From a virus (Duplodnaviria > Caudoviricetes), in IMG/VR virus record IMGVR_UViG_3300038393_000743, positions 6,018 to 70,017 of that record: a stretch of 64,000 bases of DNA. One strand, 5' to 3'. This document shows positions 32,678-41,322 of this stretch, piece by piece. The position numbers and the translations under genes are program-made. The stretch's first letter is position 1, and every line of letters starts with the position of its first letter. Under the pieces are notes generated by a model. The model worked only from the letters and a program-made list of their open reading frames with translations. It made no database searches and was not told the DNA's origin.

Positions 32678-35161
32678 GTGGCAGGACAGGCGCTGGCGAA
32701 CGACAACATCGAGGTCATCATCGAGGGGGATGACGACAGCGGCGTCCACACCCTTCCCGACGGCAACATCGCGATCGATTCCGATGACGGCGGCGTCGTC
32801 GTCCAGCTGAACCCGCAGCGCAAGGCCGCAGACGAGGACGCGGACGACCCCGCCAAGTTCTATCAGAACCTCGTCGAGAAGATCGACGAAGGCACCCTCA
32901 CCGTCCTCGCCAATGAGTTGCACGAGGCGATCTCGGCTGACGATGCCTCGCGGGCGGAATGGCTGGCCAACCGCGCCGCGGCGATGGACCTGCTCGGCCT
33001 CAAGATGGAGGATCCAAAGAACAGCGAGGGCGCCTCGGCGGTCGACGGCCAGTCGGTGGTAACCAACCCGCTATTGCTCGACGGCGTGCTGCGCGGCTGG
33101 GCCAACGCCCAGGCCGAGCTATTGCCGGCCGAGGGGCCGTGCAAGATTGCCGACTTCTCGCCGCTGCCGGAGGGCCAGAAGGACATCCTCGGCGAGGCGC
33201 TGCAGCGCGACATGAACTACTATCTGACCACGGTGGCGACCGAGTTTGGTCCTGAGACCAGCCACATGCTGCTGTGGGGTTGCTATTTCGGCGGAAGCGG
33301 CTTCAAGAAGGTCTACACCCACCCGCTGAAGAAGCGGCCCTACTCCGAATCGGTGCCGCCGGAGCGGCTGATCGTCTCCGACGCCTCCAAGGATTTCGAG
33401 CAGTGCGAGCGCATCACCCACGAGATCCCGATGCGGCAGTCGGTGATGAAGCGCTATCAGGCCAAGGGCATCTATCGGAAGATCGATCTGGCGCCGCCGA
33501 CGCCGCAGCCGAATCAGGTCGACGAGAACGTGGCGCAGCAGCAGGGCATCGCGGTGCAAAAGCAGCGCCCCGAGGACATGCCGTACACGCTCTGGGAGTG
33601 CCAGTGCGAGCTGGAGCTGGAGGAGTTCTTCCCGAAGGAGATGCGCGGGCTCGGGCTGCGACTGCCGTTCCTGGTGACGATGGACAAGGATTCGATGGTG
33701 ATCCTGTCGATCCGGCGCGACTGGAAGCCCGAGGACGAGGATTGCAACCGCAAGAAGATGTACGTGAAATATCCGTACGTCCCGGGCCCCGGCTTCTACG
33801 GCACCGGCCTTGCCAACATCCTCGGCAATTCCACCGCGGCGATGACCGCGGCGTGGCGCATCGCGCTCGACAACGGCATGTTCGCCAACTTCCCGGCCGG
33901 GCTGATCGACAAGCTGGCGGGGCGGCAGAACACCAGCAATTTGCGCGCCGCGCCGGGTGAGCTGATCGGTATCGAGACCGGCGGCCGGCCGATCAAGGAC
34001 GTGGTCGCGGACCTGCCGTTCAACGACGTCACGCAAGGCCTGATGACGCTGATCGACAAGATCACCGAGCAGTCCAAGCAGGTCGGCGGCGCGCCGGACG
34101 TGCCGATCGGCGAGGGCGTGCAGAACATCCCGGTCGGCACCATGCTCGCCCACATCGAACAGGCCACCAAGGTGATGGGCGCCGCCCACAAGGGCCAGCA
34201 CCGCGCCATGGACGAGGAATTGTCCATGATCGCGGATCTGTTCCGCGAGAACCCGGAGGCGTTCTGGCGCAGCAACAAGAACGCCAAGGGCTACTGGAGC
34301 CAGCAGCTGCTGTTCCAGGCGCTGGACGAGCGCACCTTGGTGCCGAAGTCGGATCCGAACGTGCCGAGCCACATTCACCGCGTCATGAAGGCGGTGGCGC
34401 TGGTCGAGCTGAAGGCCTCGCCGCTCGGCACCCGGCTCGACGACGACGAGGTGCTGCGCCGCGTGCTGGCCGCGATGCGCGAGGATCCGACCGGGCTGAT
34501 CCTGCCGAAGACGCCGCAGGGCCCGAGCGCCGAGGACAAGATGGCCGACGCCAAGAACAAGGAGGCCGAGGCCAAGATCCTGACCGCGCAGGTCAAGGCC
34601 GAGGAGGTCAAGCAGAAGCCGGCGCTGACGCAGATGGAGACCGCCGGCTCGGTCAAGGGCAAGACCATCGACCTTGCCAAGACCCTGATCACCCACCAGG
34701 GCGACCGCGAGGACGCCGCCCACCAGCGGCAGGTCGACGTCGCCAAGCTGGCGATGGACGCCAAGAGCCACGCGCTGGAGACCACCAAGGCCACCGCCGA
34801 CATCATGAAGACCCAGCAGGAGGCGACCCAGGGCGAGCGCGAGCACGGCCTCGCCACCGCGCAGACCATGCACCAGATGGGCCTGGAGCGCCGCCAGCAC
34901 GATCTCGCCGAGCGGCAGGCCCAACACCAGATGGCCAAGGACGGCGCCTCCCACGGGCTCGCCGCCGCGCAGCTCGGCCATCAGGTCGGCATGGACCACA
35001 AGGACCGCGAACTGGCCGAGCGCGAGCTGGGCGTCAAGGCGGCCACCGAGGCCGAGAAGGTCGGCGTGCAGAAGCAGCAGGCCGATGTCGCGGCGCATGT
35101 CGCACTGCATGCGCCGAAGCCGGCCGGCGGTGCGCCGAAACCGAAGGGCAAAAAGAAATGA
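32678..35161 (+). CDS. Portal protein (P22 gp1-like) with a long C-terminal helical barrel
   Basis: 827 aa after terL; SRAEW...LLG, PLLLDGVLRGWANAQAELLP, GSGFKKVY, PGPGFYGTGL, NVPSHIHR features. Confidence 0.9.
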   Translation: MAGQALANDNIEVIIEGDDDSGVHTLPDGNIAIDSDDGGVVVQLNPQRKAADEDADDPAKFYQNLVEKIDEGTLTVLANELHEAISADDASRAEWLANRAAAMDLLGLKMEDPKNSEGASAVDGQSVVTNPLLLDGVLRGWANAQAELLPAEGPCKIADFSPLPEGQKDILGEALQRDMNYYLTTVATEFGPETSHMLLWGCYFGGSGFKKVYTHPLKKRPYSESVPPERLIVSDASKDFEQCERITHEIPMRQSVMKRYQAKGIYRKIDLAPPTPQPNQVDENVAQQQGIAVQKQRPEDMPYTLWECQCELELEEFFPKEMRGLGLRLPFLVTMDKDSMVILSIRRDWKPEDEDCNRKKMYVKYPYVPGPGFYGTGLANILGNSTAAMTAAWRIALDNGMFANFPAGLIDKLAGRQNTSNLRAAPGELIGIETGGRPIKDVVADLPFNDVTQGLMTLIDKITEQSKQVGGAPDVPIGEGVQNIPVGTMLAHIEQATKVMGAAHKGQHRAMDEELSMIADLFRENPEAFWRSNKNAKGYWSQQLLFQALDERTLVPKSDPNVPSHIHRVMKAVALVELKASPLGTRLDDDEVLRRVLAAMREDPTGLILPKTPQGPSAEDKMADAKNKEAEAKILTAQVKAEEVKQKPALTQMETAGSVKGKTIDLAKTLITHQGDREDAAHQRQVDVAKLAMDAKSHALETTKATADIMKTQQEATQGEREHGLATAQTMHQMGLERRQHDLAERQAQHQMAKDGASHGLAAAQLGHQVGMDHKDRELAERELGVKAATEAEKVGVQKQQADVAAHVALHAPKPAGGAPKPKGKKK

Positions 35162-35268
35162 TGGCGGCGGCCTGCATCTTCGCGGTGTTGATCGTGGGCG
35201 CGCCGATCGGCGTGATCGTTCTGCTCATACTGCCGCGCCAGGAGAAGCTGAGATGGCCATGCCGATAA
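35158..35268 (+). CDS. Single-TM micro-protein (36 aa)
   Basis: MMAAACIFAVLIVGAPIGVIVLLILPRQEKLRWPCR; ATGA overlap with portal. Confidence 0.5.
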   Translation: MMAAACIFAVLIVGAPIGVIVLLILPRQEKLRWPCR

Positions 35269-35429
35269 CCCCCACGCAGCAGGCGATGTGTCGCGAGGCA
35301 ATTGCGAAGTGGTTGGCGATGGCGCCTGGAGATCGTGACGCCGTTCTCAAGGCTCAATGGGAGCGCGAGGCAAAATTCCGTGACGCTATAGCGTTTCCAT
35401 GGCATAAGGCGGCACCGCACGACCCATAG
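35253..35429 (+). CDS. Hypothetical protein
   Basis: AGGAG RBS; MAMPITPTQQAMCREAIAKW... Confidence 0.5.
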   Translation: MAMPITPTQQAMCREAIAKWLAMAPGDRDAVLKAQWEREAKFRDAIAFPWHKAAPHDP

Positions 35430-35460
35430 CCCGCGCCGGGCGCATTTGAAGGAGCCCACG

Positions 35461-36087
35461 GTGGCCCATCCCTACAAACAGTTCCGGCAGAACAAGGTGC
35501 AGAACGCCCGCGTCGGCGCGCTGACGAAATCCTACGACAACGAAGCGATCGAGGGCGCCTATGCGCCGAACCGCGCCGATCGTCCGATGCGCGCCTCCGG
35601 CGGCAAGGTCGGCAAGAAGGCGACCACCGTCGTCAACGTCATCACCGGCGGCCAGCAACAGCCGCCCGCGCCGCCGCCGATGCCGATGCCGCCACCCGGC
35701 GCGGCGATGCCTCCGCCGCCCCCTCCAGGCCCGCCTCCTGGCGCTGCTCTGCCCCCGGGTGCCGGACCGATGCCCGGTCCCGGTCCCGGCATGCCGCCCG
35801 GCCCCCCGATGCGCGCCCGAGGCGGCGGCGTGAAATCGAAGGGCATGGACGTCGGCACCAAGGTGCAGCACGACAGCGCCAAGGCGGTCGACAAGGCCAA
35901 CATGAACCGCAAGCGCGTCATCACCTTCGCCACGGGCGGCGGCGTGGTGTCGTTCCGCGCCAGCGGCGGCGGCGTCAAGGGCGTCGTCATGAAGGGCGGC
36001 ACGCCCGGCAGCGCCGACCAAGGCAGCAAGCTGCCCGGCGGCGCCGGCGGCGGCAAAGGGCGCCTCGCCAAGGCGCACAAGCGCTGA
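35461..36087 (+). CDS. Pro/Gly-rich basic protein with four (R/F)AxGG motifs (probable internal head protein)
   Basis: AAGGAG RBS, GTG start; RASGG, RARGG, FATGG, RASGG. Confidence 0.8.
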   Translation: MAHPYKQFRQNKVQNARVGALTKSYDNEAIEGAYAPNRADRPMRASGGKVGKKATTVVNVITGGQQQPPAPPPMPMPPPGAAMPPPPPPGPPPGAALPPGAGPMPGPGPGMPPGPPMRARGGGVKSKGMDVGTKVQHDSAKAVDKANMNRKRVITFATGGGVVSFRASGGGVKGVVMKGGTPGSADQGSKLPGGAGGGKGRLAKAHKR

Positions 36088-36314
36088 TGGCGATGATCGA
36101 AAAAGAACCTGTGCGCGAGTTTCGCGGCGATCCCCGCCGGCTCGCGCACAGCGTGCTGCACGAGCTGCAGGCCGCGCGCGAGACCGCAGTGAACGAATTG
36201 GCGACGATCACCTGCGCGACCTTTGAGGAGTACAAGGCGCGCCGCGGCAAGATCGAGGGCCTCGACATCGCGATCAGCGTATGCAAGGAAGTGCAACGTA
36301 AACTTGAGGCTTAG
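36087..36314 (+). CDS. Conserved small head-module protein
   Basis: EEYKARRGKIEGLDIAI motif, upstream of the GroES-like gene. Confidence 0.75.
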   Translation: MAMIEKEPVREFRGDPRRLAHSVLHELQAARETAVNELATITCATFEEYKARRGKIEGLDIAISVCKEVQRKLEA

Positions 36315-36396
36315 TCCTCACGAACCGCCCGATGCCCGGGTGGTGCGACGCAGGGAACGCTACCCAGATGTTCACCGCCACGCAGGCGAGGCGCCC

Positions 36397-36630
36397 GTGA
36401 TCAAGGTCCAGCGCGCGAAGATAGCAGCCATTGAAGACGCGCTCCACGAAGCCGTCATGACGTCAACGTCAATGGCTAACCTAGCGATCAAACATCCGAA
36501 AATTCCGCCTGCGGCTTTGACTGCAGCAGCGATGCTGGCGATCCAGTCCGTCACGATGGCGCTCTATGGCGCCGACGACATCGCCACCCCTTCCGACGTT
36601 CACCACCTCAACATCAGCAAGGACGCCTGA
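36397..36630 (+). CDS. Hypothetical protein
   Basis: GTG start; stop abuts GroES-like ATG. Confidence 0.5.
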   Translation: MIKVQRAKIAAIEDALHEAVMTSTSMANLAIKHPKIPPAALTAAAMLAIQSVTMALYGADDIATPSDVHHLNISKDA

Positions 36631-37044
36631 ATGACCCGCACCAATGCCATGGTGAAGATGCGCGAGATCGCAGAATCATCGACCGACCCGAAGGCCGCGA
36701 TCCTGAAAGCCCTCGGCAAGCACGACACCCAGGTGCTGCATTCCAAGGTGCTGGTGGCGACCTACGTGCGCCCGGCCAAGACCAAGAGCGGCATCTGGCT
36801 CGCCGACAAGACCATCGAAGAGGATCGCTACCAGGGCACGATCTTCCTGGTGGTGGGCATGGGCAAGGGCGCCTTCAAGGACGACAACATCGCGCAGTTC
36901 CACGGCGACGGCCTCAAGATCGGCGACTGGGTGATGGGCGTGGCCGGCGACGGCATCTCGATGTTCATCAACGGGGTGCCGTGCCGGCTGTTCGACGACA
37001 CCCGGATCCTGATGAAGGTGAAAGATCCGGAGTTGTACTTCTGA
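36631..37044 (+). CDS. GroES/Cpn10-like co-chaperonin
   Basis: VLHSKVLV...KTKSGIWLAD mobile-loop-like segment, VVGMGKGAFKD, KIGDWV. Confidence 0.8.
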   Translation: MTRTNAMVKMREIAESSTDPKAAILKALGKHDTQVLHSKVLVATYVRPAKTKSGIWLADKTIEEDRYQGTIFLVVGMGKGAFKDDNIAQFHGDGLKIGDWVMGVAGDGISMFINGVPCRLFDDTRILMKVKDPELYF

Positions 37045-37229
37045 TGCGAAAGCGCGCCTCCAAGCGACGTTTGAAGGCGCGCCTCCTGCTCGGGCGCTGG
37101 ATCGCCCGGGAAGACATCGAAAATTACCGGCTCGACAGAATGATCGCTCGCCGAGGTCTTAACATCGAGGCCCAAGGTTGGGCCGATTACTATCGGAGGG
37201 CCCCATGGCCGGTGAAGACGACGACGTGA
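37044..37229 (+). CDS. Arg-rich hypothetical protein
   Basis: TGATG overlap; MRKRASKRRLKARLLLG... Confidence 0.5.
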   Translation: MRKRASKRRLKARLLLGRWIAREDIENYRLDRMIARRGLNIEAQGWADYYRRAPWPVKTTT

Positions 37230-38206
37230 TTGTGAGTTTGCCCGGTGATACCTCGCAGGTGGTCAAGACCGATGACGTGGTGGTGAAGACCGGCGCCGCC
37301 GAGGTCTCGTTCAACGACGAGGACGGCGGCGACCCGGTCGCGGACCTGAAGAAGCAGTTCACGCAGATGACCGGCGCGCTCAGCACGGTGGTGGCGAGCC
37401 AGCAGCAGACCGAGCAGCAGCTGCGGGAGGCCAACCAGCGCCTGCAGCGCGCCGAATCGCAGGTCACCGTCAGCCAGCTGGAGACCATCGAGAACGGCAT
37501 CGCGCAGATCGACGCCGACACCGAGGCGGCCGAAGCGGCCTATGCCCATGCGTTCGATGCCGGCGACGGCGCGGCGATGGCGCGCGCCAACCGGGCGATG
37601 CAGCAGGCGATCGTCAACCGCGCCAAGCTGGTCGAGGCCCACCAGGATCTGAAGGAGGCGGCCAAGCGCGGTCCGGCCCAGCAGCAGGGCCGGCAGCCGG
37701 TCCGCACCGCGCCGGCGGATCCGGTCGAGGCCGTGATCGCCAACGGCAATGTGTCGCCGAAATCGGCGGCGTGGCTGCGGGCGCACCCGCAGTGCATCAC
37801 CGACCCGAAGCTGAACGCGCGCATGCTGGCGGCACACAATCTAGCGCTGGCCGACGACATCCCGGTCGACAGCGACGAATATTTCGAGCGCATCGAGCAG
37901 GGGATCAAGCCGGTGAAGCAGCAGCAACAGCAGGTCGAGAAGAAGCCCGCAGCCGATGGGCGCCGTCCCAGCTCGGCCGCGGCCGCCGGCGGCGCCACCG
38001 GGGGTGGCCTCAATGGCGGCACCGTCCAGGTCAAGCTCACCAAGGGCGAGGCGGCCTCGGCGACCGACGGCACCTTGGTCTGGAACTGGGATGATCCGGG
38101 CGGGAAGTTCAAGAAGGGTGAGCCGATCGGTCTTGCCGAGATGGCGCGTCGCAAGCACGAGGGCATGAAGGCCGGCCTCTACGACCGTAACAACGTCGAA
38201 GTGTAA
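37205..38206 (+). CDS. Putative capsid scaffolding protein
   Basis: Acidic N-terminus, long coiled coil, position between portal and capsid; GGAGG RBS. Confidence 0.6.
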   Translation: MAGEDDDVIVSLPGDTSQVVKTDDVVVKTGAAEVSFNDEDGGDPVADLKKQFTQMTGALSTVVASQQQTEQQLREANQRLQRAESQVTVSQLETIENGIAQIDADTEAAEAAYAHAFDAGDGAAMARANRAMQQAIVNRAKLVEAHQDLKEAAKRGPAQQQGRQPVRTAPADPVEAVIANGNVSPKSAAWLRAHPQCITDPKLNARMLAAHNLALADDIPVDSDEYFERIEQGIKPVKQQQQQVEKKPAADGRRPSSAAAAGGATGGGLNGGTVQVKLTKGEAASATDGTLVWNWDDPGGKFKKGEPIGLAEMARRKHEGMKAGLYDRNNVEV

Positions 38207-38228
38207 GCCAACGCAGAAGGCGTGCATC

Positions 38229-38966
38229 ATGAGCCTCGTCACCGAGATCCTCACCACCGACCAGATCCACGATCTGTGGGGCGCCGGCTACACCATCGTC
38301 AGGCGCCCCGCCGACCCGTTCGAGGTTGATCCGAAGATCATCCCGCACGGCATGTCCTATCAGTGGAACGACAGCCAGGAGAAGCCCGGCTGGTCGCCGG
38401 TGCTATTCGAGGATCACGACGGGGCGTTCGGACCCTTTGGCATGCGCGGTCCGGTCTACCGCGACAACCTGTTCCTGTGTAAGCGGCCAAAGGCCGAGGC
38501 CGAACACGATCTGGAGCGGGCGCGCACCAAGGCGCAGCAGAACGTCGCCGACTGGGCGTCCAAGAACGCCGCGCTCGGCCTCACCGGCTCCGTCACGGTC
38601 GGCACCCAGACCGCGGTCGGGAAGCTCGATTCGCTGAAGAAAGTGAAGGTCGGCGACCTCGTCGAGATCGATACCGACGAAGGCTTTGCCCAGGTCGGCT
38701 CCACCAAGACCATCGAGACCATTGTCGCGATCCCGCGCGATATGACGCCGCACATCCCGGAGATCTTCAAGGAACGCGATCGGCTGGAGGCCGAGGTGGT
38801 GCGCAAGGACCGCACCCTGGCGCCGGGCCCGATCGCTGATAAGTTCTATGCGGCCGTCGAGGCCGACAAGGGCGCACCCTGGTGGCCCACCCTTCGCGCT
38901 ATCTTGCTGCCGATCGCGGTCGACAACGTGCGCGCCAACCTGAAGAAGGAAACGACCGATGAATGA
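38229..38966 (+). CDS. Head-module protein, paralog of 38959-39669
   Basis: PFEVDPKIIPHGMSYQW...GWSPV...H...LFLCKRP. Confidence 0.75.
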   Translation: MSLVTEILTTDQIHDLWGAGYTIVRRPADPFEVDPKIIPHGMSYQWNDSQEKPGWSPVLFEDHDGAFGPFGMRGPVYRDNLFLCKRPKAEAEHDLERARTKAQQNVADWASKNAALGLTGSVTVGTQTAVGKLDSLKKVKVGDLVEIDTDEGFAQVGSTKTIETIVAIPRDMTPHIPEIFKERDRLEAEVVRKDRTLAPGPIADKFYAAVEADKGAPWWPTLRAILLPIAVDNVRANLKKETTDE

Positions 38967-39669
38967 CGCGATGGACATCGACCAGCCGGCCGTGCGCGCG
39001 CCGAAGAAGAAGCTCACCAAGACCAAGCGCGCCACAGTGGCCGCTCCGCAGCCCAGGAGGGCCGCCCAGGCGACCGCAACGCCGACCCGGGCCAATCCCC
39101 GCCCCGTCCCGCCGCGCTCTGAGGCGGCTCGTGAGGCCGTCCGGGAGAACCCCCGCGAGGGCGCGATCGTCGCGCTCGGCCGTGACGGCGCCCGCCTGAC
39201 CCGCCGTCGCATCGCTAGCGGAGACCCGCTCGACGTGCCGCGCAACGAGATCCCGAAGGGCTGGGACTACCAGTGGAACCCGGTCACGGTGCTCAACAAG
39301 GGCATCAACGAGATCCTGCAGGGCGACCTGCAGATGTACCAGAACGGCTGGCGCCCGGTGCCGGCGGCGCGCCATGCCGGACGCTGGACCCCGGTCGGGT
39401 TCGAGGGCGAGATCGTTGTCGGCGGCCTGCGCCTGGAGGAGCGGCCGTTGTCGCTGTCGCAGGAGGCCCGCGACGAGGACGAGGCGCACGCGCGCGCCCA
39501 GGTCCGCGACCGCACCGACGCGCTGAAGCTGACCCAGAAGCAACTGCCCGGCGCCAGCGTGGCGCGCAGCCGTGGCCATGGCGGCGGCCTCAAGATCGAC
39601 TTCAACGACGACGGCCACGACATCCCGCGGCCCGAGCACGAGATCGATCCGGACAGCGGCGAGTTTTGA
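38959..39669 (+). CDS. Conserved head-module protein
   Basis: PLDVPRNEIPKGWDYQW...GWRPV...H...LRLEERP. Confidence 0.8.
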   Translation: MNDAMDIDQPAVRAPKKKLTKTKRATVAAPQPRRAAQATATPTRANPRPVPPRSEAAREAVRENPREGAIVALGRDGARLTRRRIASGDPLDVPRNEIPKGWDYQWNPVTVLNKGINEILQGDLQMYQNGWRPVPAARHAGRWTPVGFEGEIVVGGLRLEERPLSLSQEARDEDEAHARAQVRDRTDALKLTQKQLPGASVARSRGHGGGLKIDFNDDGHDIPRPEHEIDPDSGEF

Positions 39670-39760
39670 CCCCTTACCGCGCACAAATGCTGATCTTCAT
39701 TGCGGGGCACCATCGATCGGTGCCCCGTAATCGTATCCTCCTGAGATTGGGACACCAAAA

Positions 39761-40477
39761 ATGGCCAAGGTATTCGTCTTCGTCCCGGCGTTCGGCCGGC
39801 AGATCACCACCACCACCTTCGAGACCAGCCACGCGCTGATGGGTGCGCTGATCTCGAAGGGCATTTCGGCGAACATCGCCTCGTTCTCCTGGCCCGACAT
39901 CGAGGAGATCCGCAACATGGTGCTGTCGTTCTGGTACGATGCCATGCCGGACTCGACGCACCTGCTGTTTCTCGATGCCGACGTCGGCTTCCCGCCGCAG
40001 GCCGTGCTCGACATGCTGACCTTCAACGAGCCACTGGTCGGCGGCATCTATCCGAAGAAGTGCTATCCGCTGGAGTGGGTGGCGAGCGGCACCGCGGCGC
40101 CGGAATATCGCCAGGGCTTCATCGAGGTCGACGGCCTTGGCGCCGGCTGCCTGCTGATTCGCCGCGATGCGGTTGCGATGATGCTGGAGAAATTCCCCGA
40201 GCTGGTGCGGCCCTACATGACGATCCCGGACCTGCGCTTTGCCGGTGCCAGCCGCACCTTCGGGTTTTTCGATTGCCTGCGCGTGCCGGAGGGCAAGGTG
40301 AGCGAGGACATCTCGTTCTGCCGCAGATTCCGCGAGGCCGGCGGCAAGGTGTGGGCGACGACGCAGTACACCTTCACGCACGAAGGCCCGCATGCGTTCG
40401 TCGGCTGCTTTGCGCAGGAGCGCGCGATGAAGGCCGGTCTCGACATCGTCACCAAGGCTGGTGAAGCGGCCGAGTGA
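39761..40477 (+). CDS. GT-A fold (GT2-like) glycosyltransferase
   Basis: IRNMVL...THLLFLDADV (DxD), VGGIYPKK, GAGCLLIRR, SEDISFC, THEG. Confidence 0.85.
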   Translation: MAKVFVFVPAFGRQITTTTFETSHALMGALISKGISANIASFSWPDIEEIRNMVLSFWYDAMPDSTHLLFLDADVGFPPQAVLDMLTFNEPLVGGIYPKKCYPLEWVASGTAAPEYRQGFIEVDGLGAGCLLIRRDAVAMMLEKFPELVRPYMTIPDLRFAGASRTFGFFDCLRVPEGKVSEDISFCRRFREAGGKVWATTQYTFTHEGPHAFVGCFAQERAMKAGLDIVTKAGEAAE

Positions 40478-40490
40478 ACGTCACAACATG

Positions 40491-40689
40491 TTGACAGTGT
40501 CGGAACTTTTGCTGTAGGGAAGATTCCGACGCTGAGAACATCAGCAGACGCTGATCCGCCTTAAGGCCTGATCAGTTCGGCAGACGCCCTGCCACGTTAC
40601 CGAGCGCGAGCTGCGGTCGGACCAAACCCAGGCGAACATCCTAGCCATGCGTGCTGTGGAGATGCCTCCGTAACCCGGAGCGATTTCTC
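40491..40689 (+). promoter_or_regulatory. TTGACA-containing promoter region and structured ~200-nt leader of the capsid genes
   Basis: TTGACA at 40491; GTCGGAA/TTCCGAC inverted repeat; 5-bp-stem/5-nt-loop hairpins at 40531, 40579 and 40666 (the last covers the SD). Confidence 0.5.
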
Positions 40690-41292
40690 GTGGCCAACAC
40701 CCAGGCAACCTTTGGCTTCCGCCACATCGGATACACCTCCGGCGGATCCCCCGACTATCAGCTGGCGACCGGCGTGATCCTGTCGACCAACACCACCAAG
40801 ATTTATCGCGGTGACCCCGTCATCGTCGACCCCACCACCGGCAAGATCAAGCAGGCGGCCGCGGGCGCCACGCAGGCTCTCGCCGGCATCTTCGACGGCT
40901 GCATGTACACGCCGGTTGGCGGCACCCCGGTGTGGTCGCCGTACTGGCCCGGCGCCGGCGCCTCGGTGGACGCCACCGCCTACATCATCAACGCTCCGAA
41001 CGCCCTGTTCATGGCGGCGGCGCTCAACACCTCGATCGTCACCGCCAACATCGGCGAGAACGTCGACTTCGCGATCGGCACCGGCAGCACTGTGACCGGC
41101 TTCTCCGGCGCCACCGTCGACCAGTCGACGCTCAACACCACCAACACGCTGCCGTTCCGCATCGTGGCCCCCGTCACCACCCAAGGCAATTTCGGCGTGG
41201 TCGGCAACGGCAGCGATCCGAGCACGGCGTATGGCTGGTGCGTCGTGACGTTCAACAACACCACCTTCAAGCAGCTGCAGGGTCTGGCCTAA
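40690..41292 (+). CDS. Capsid-associated (decoration / minor head) protein
   Basis: MANTQATFGFRHIG...IYRGDPV...IINAPNALF pattern directly upstream of the MCP. Confidence 0.75.
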   Translation: MANTQATFGFRHIGYTSGGSPDYQLATGVILSTNTTKIYRGDPVIVDPTTGKIKQAAAGATQALAGIFDGCMYTPVGGTPVWSPYWPGAGASVDATAYIINAPNALFMAAALNTSIVTANIGENVDFAIGTGSTVTGFSGATVDQSTLNTTNTLPFRIVAPVTTQGNFGVVGNGSDPSTAYGWCVVTFNNTTFKQLQGLA

Positions 41293-41322
41293 TCAGCCAG
41301 CCCTCCCGGTGAGGAGCTAAAC

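Noticed and set aside
35650-35815. Pro/Gly/Met low-complexity repeats as a distinct repeat element
   Set aside because: Explained by PPPG/GPMP-type coding of a disordered linker; no DNA-level periodic unit
40479-40496. Possible additional copy of the 17-bp operator at the capsid promoter
   Set aside because: Only the GTTGAC half matches; the left half (CGTCAC) does not fit GTAAAC at the right spacing
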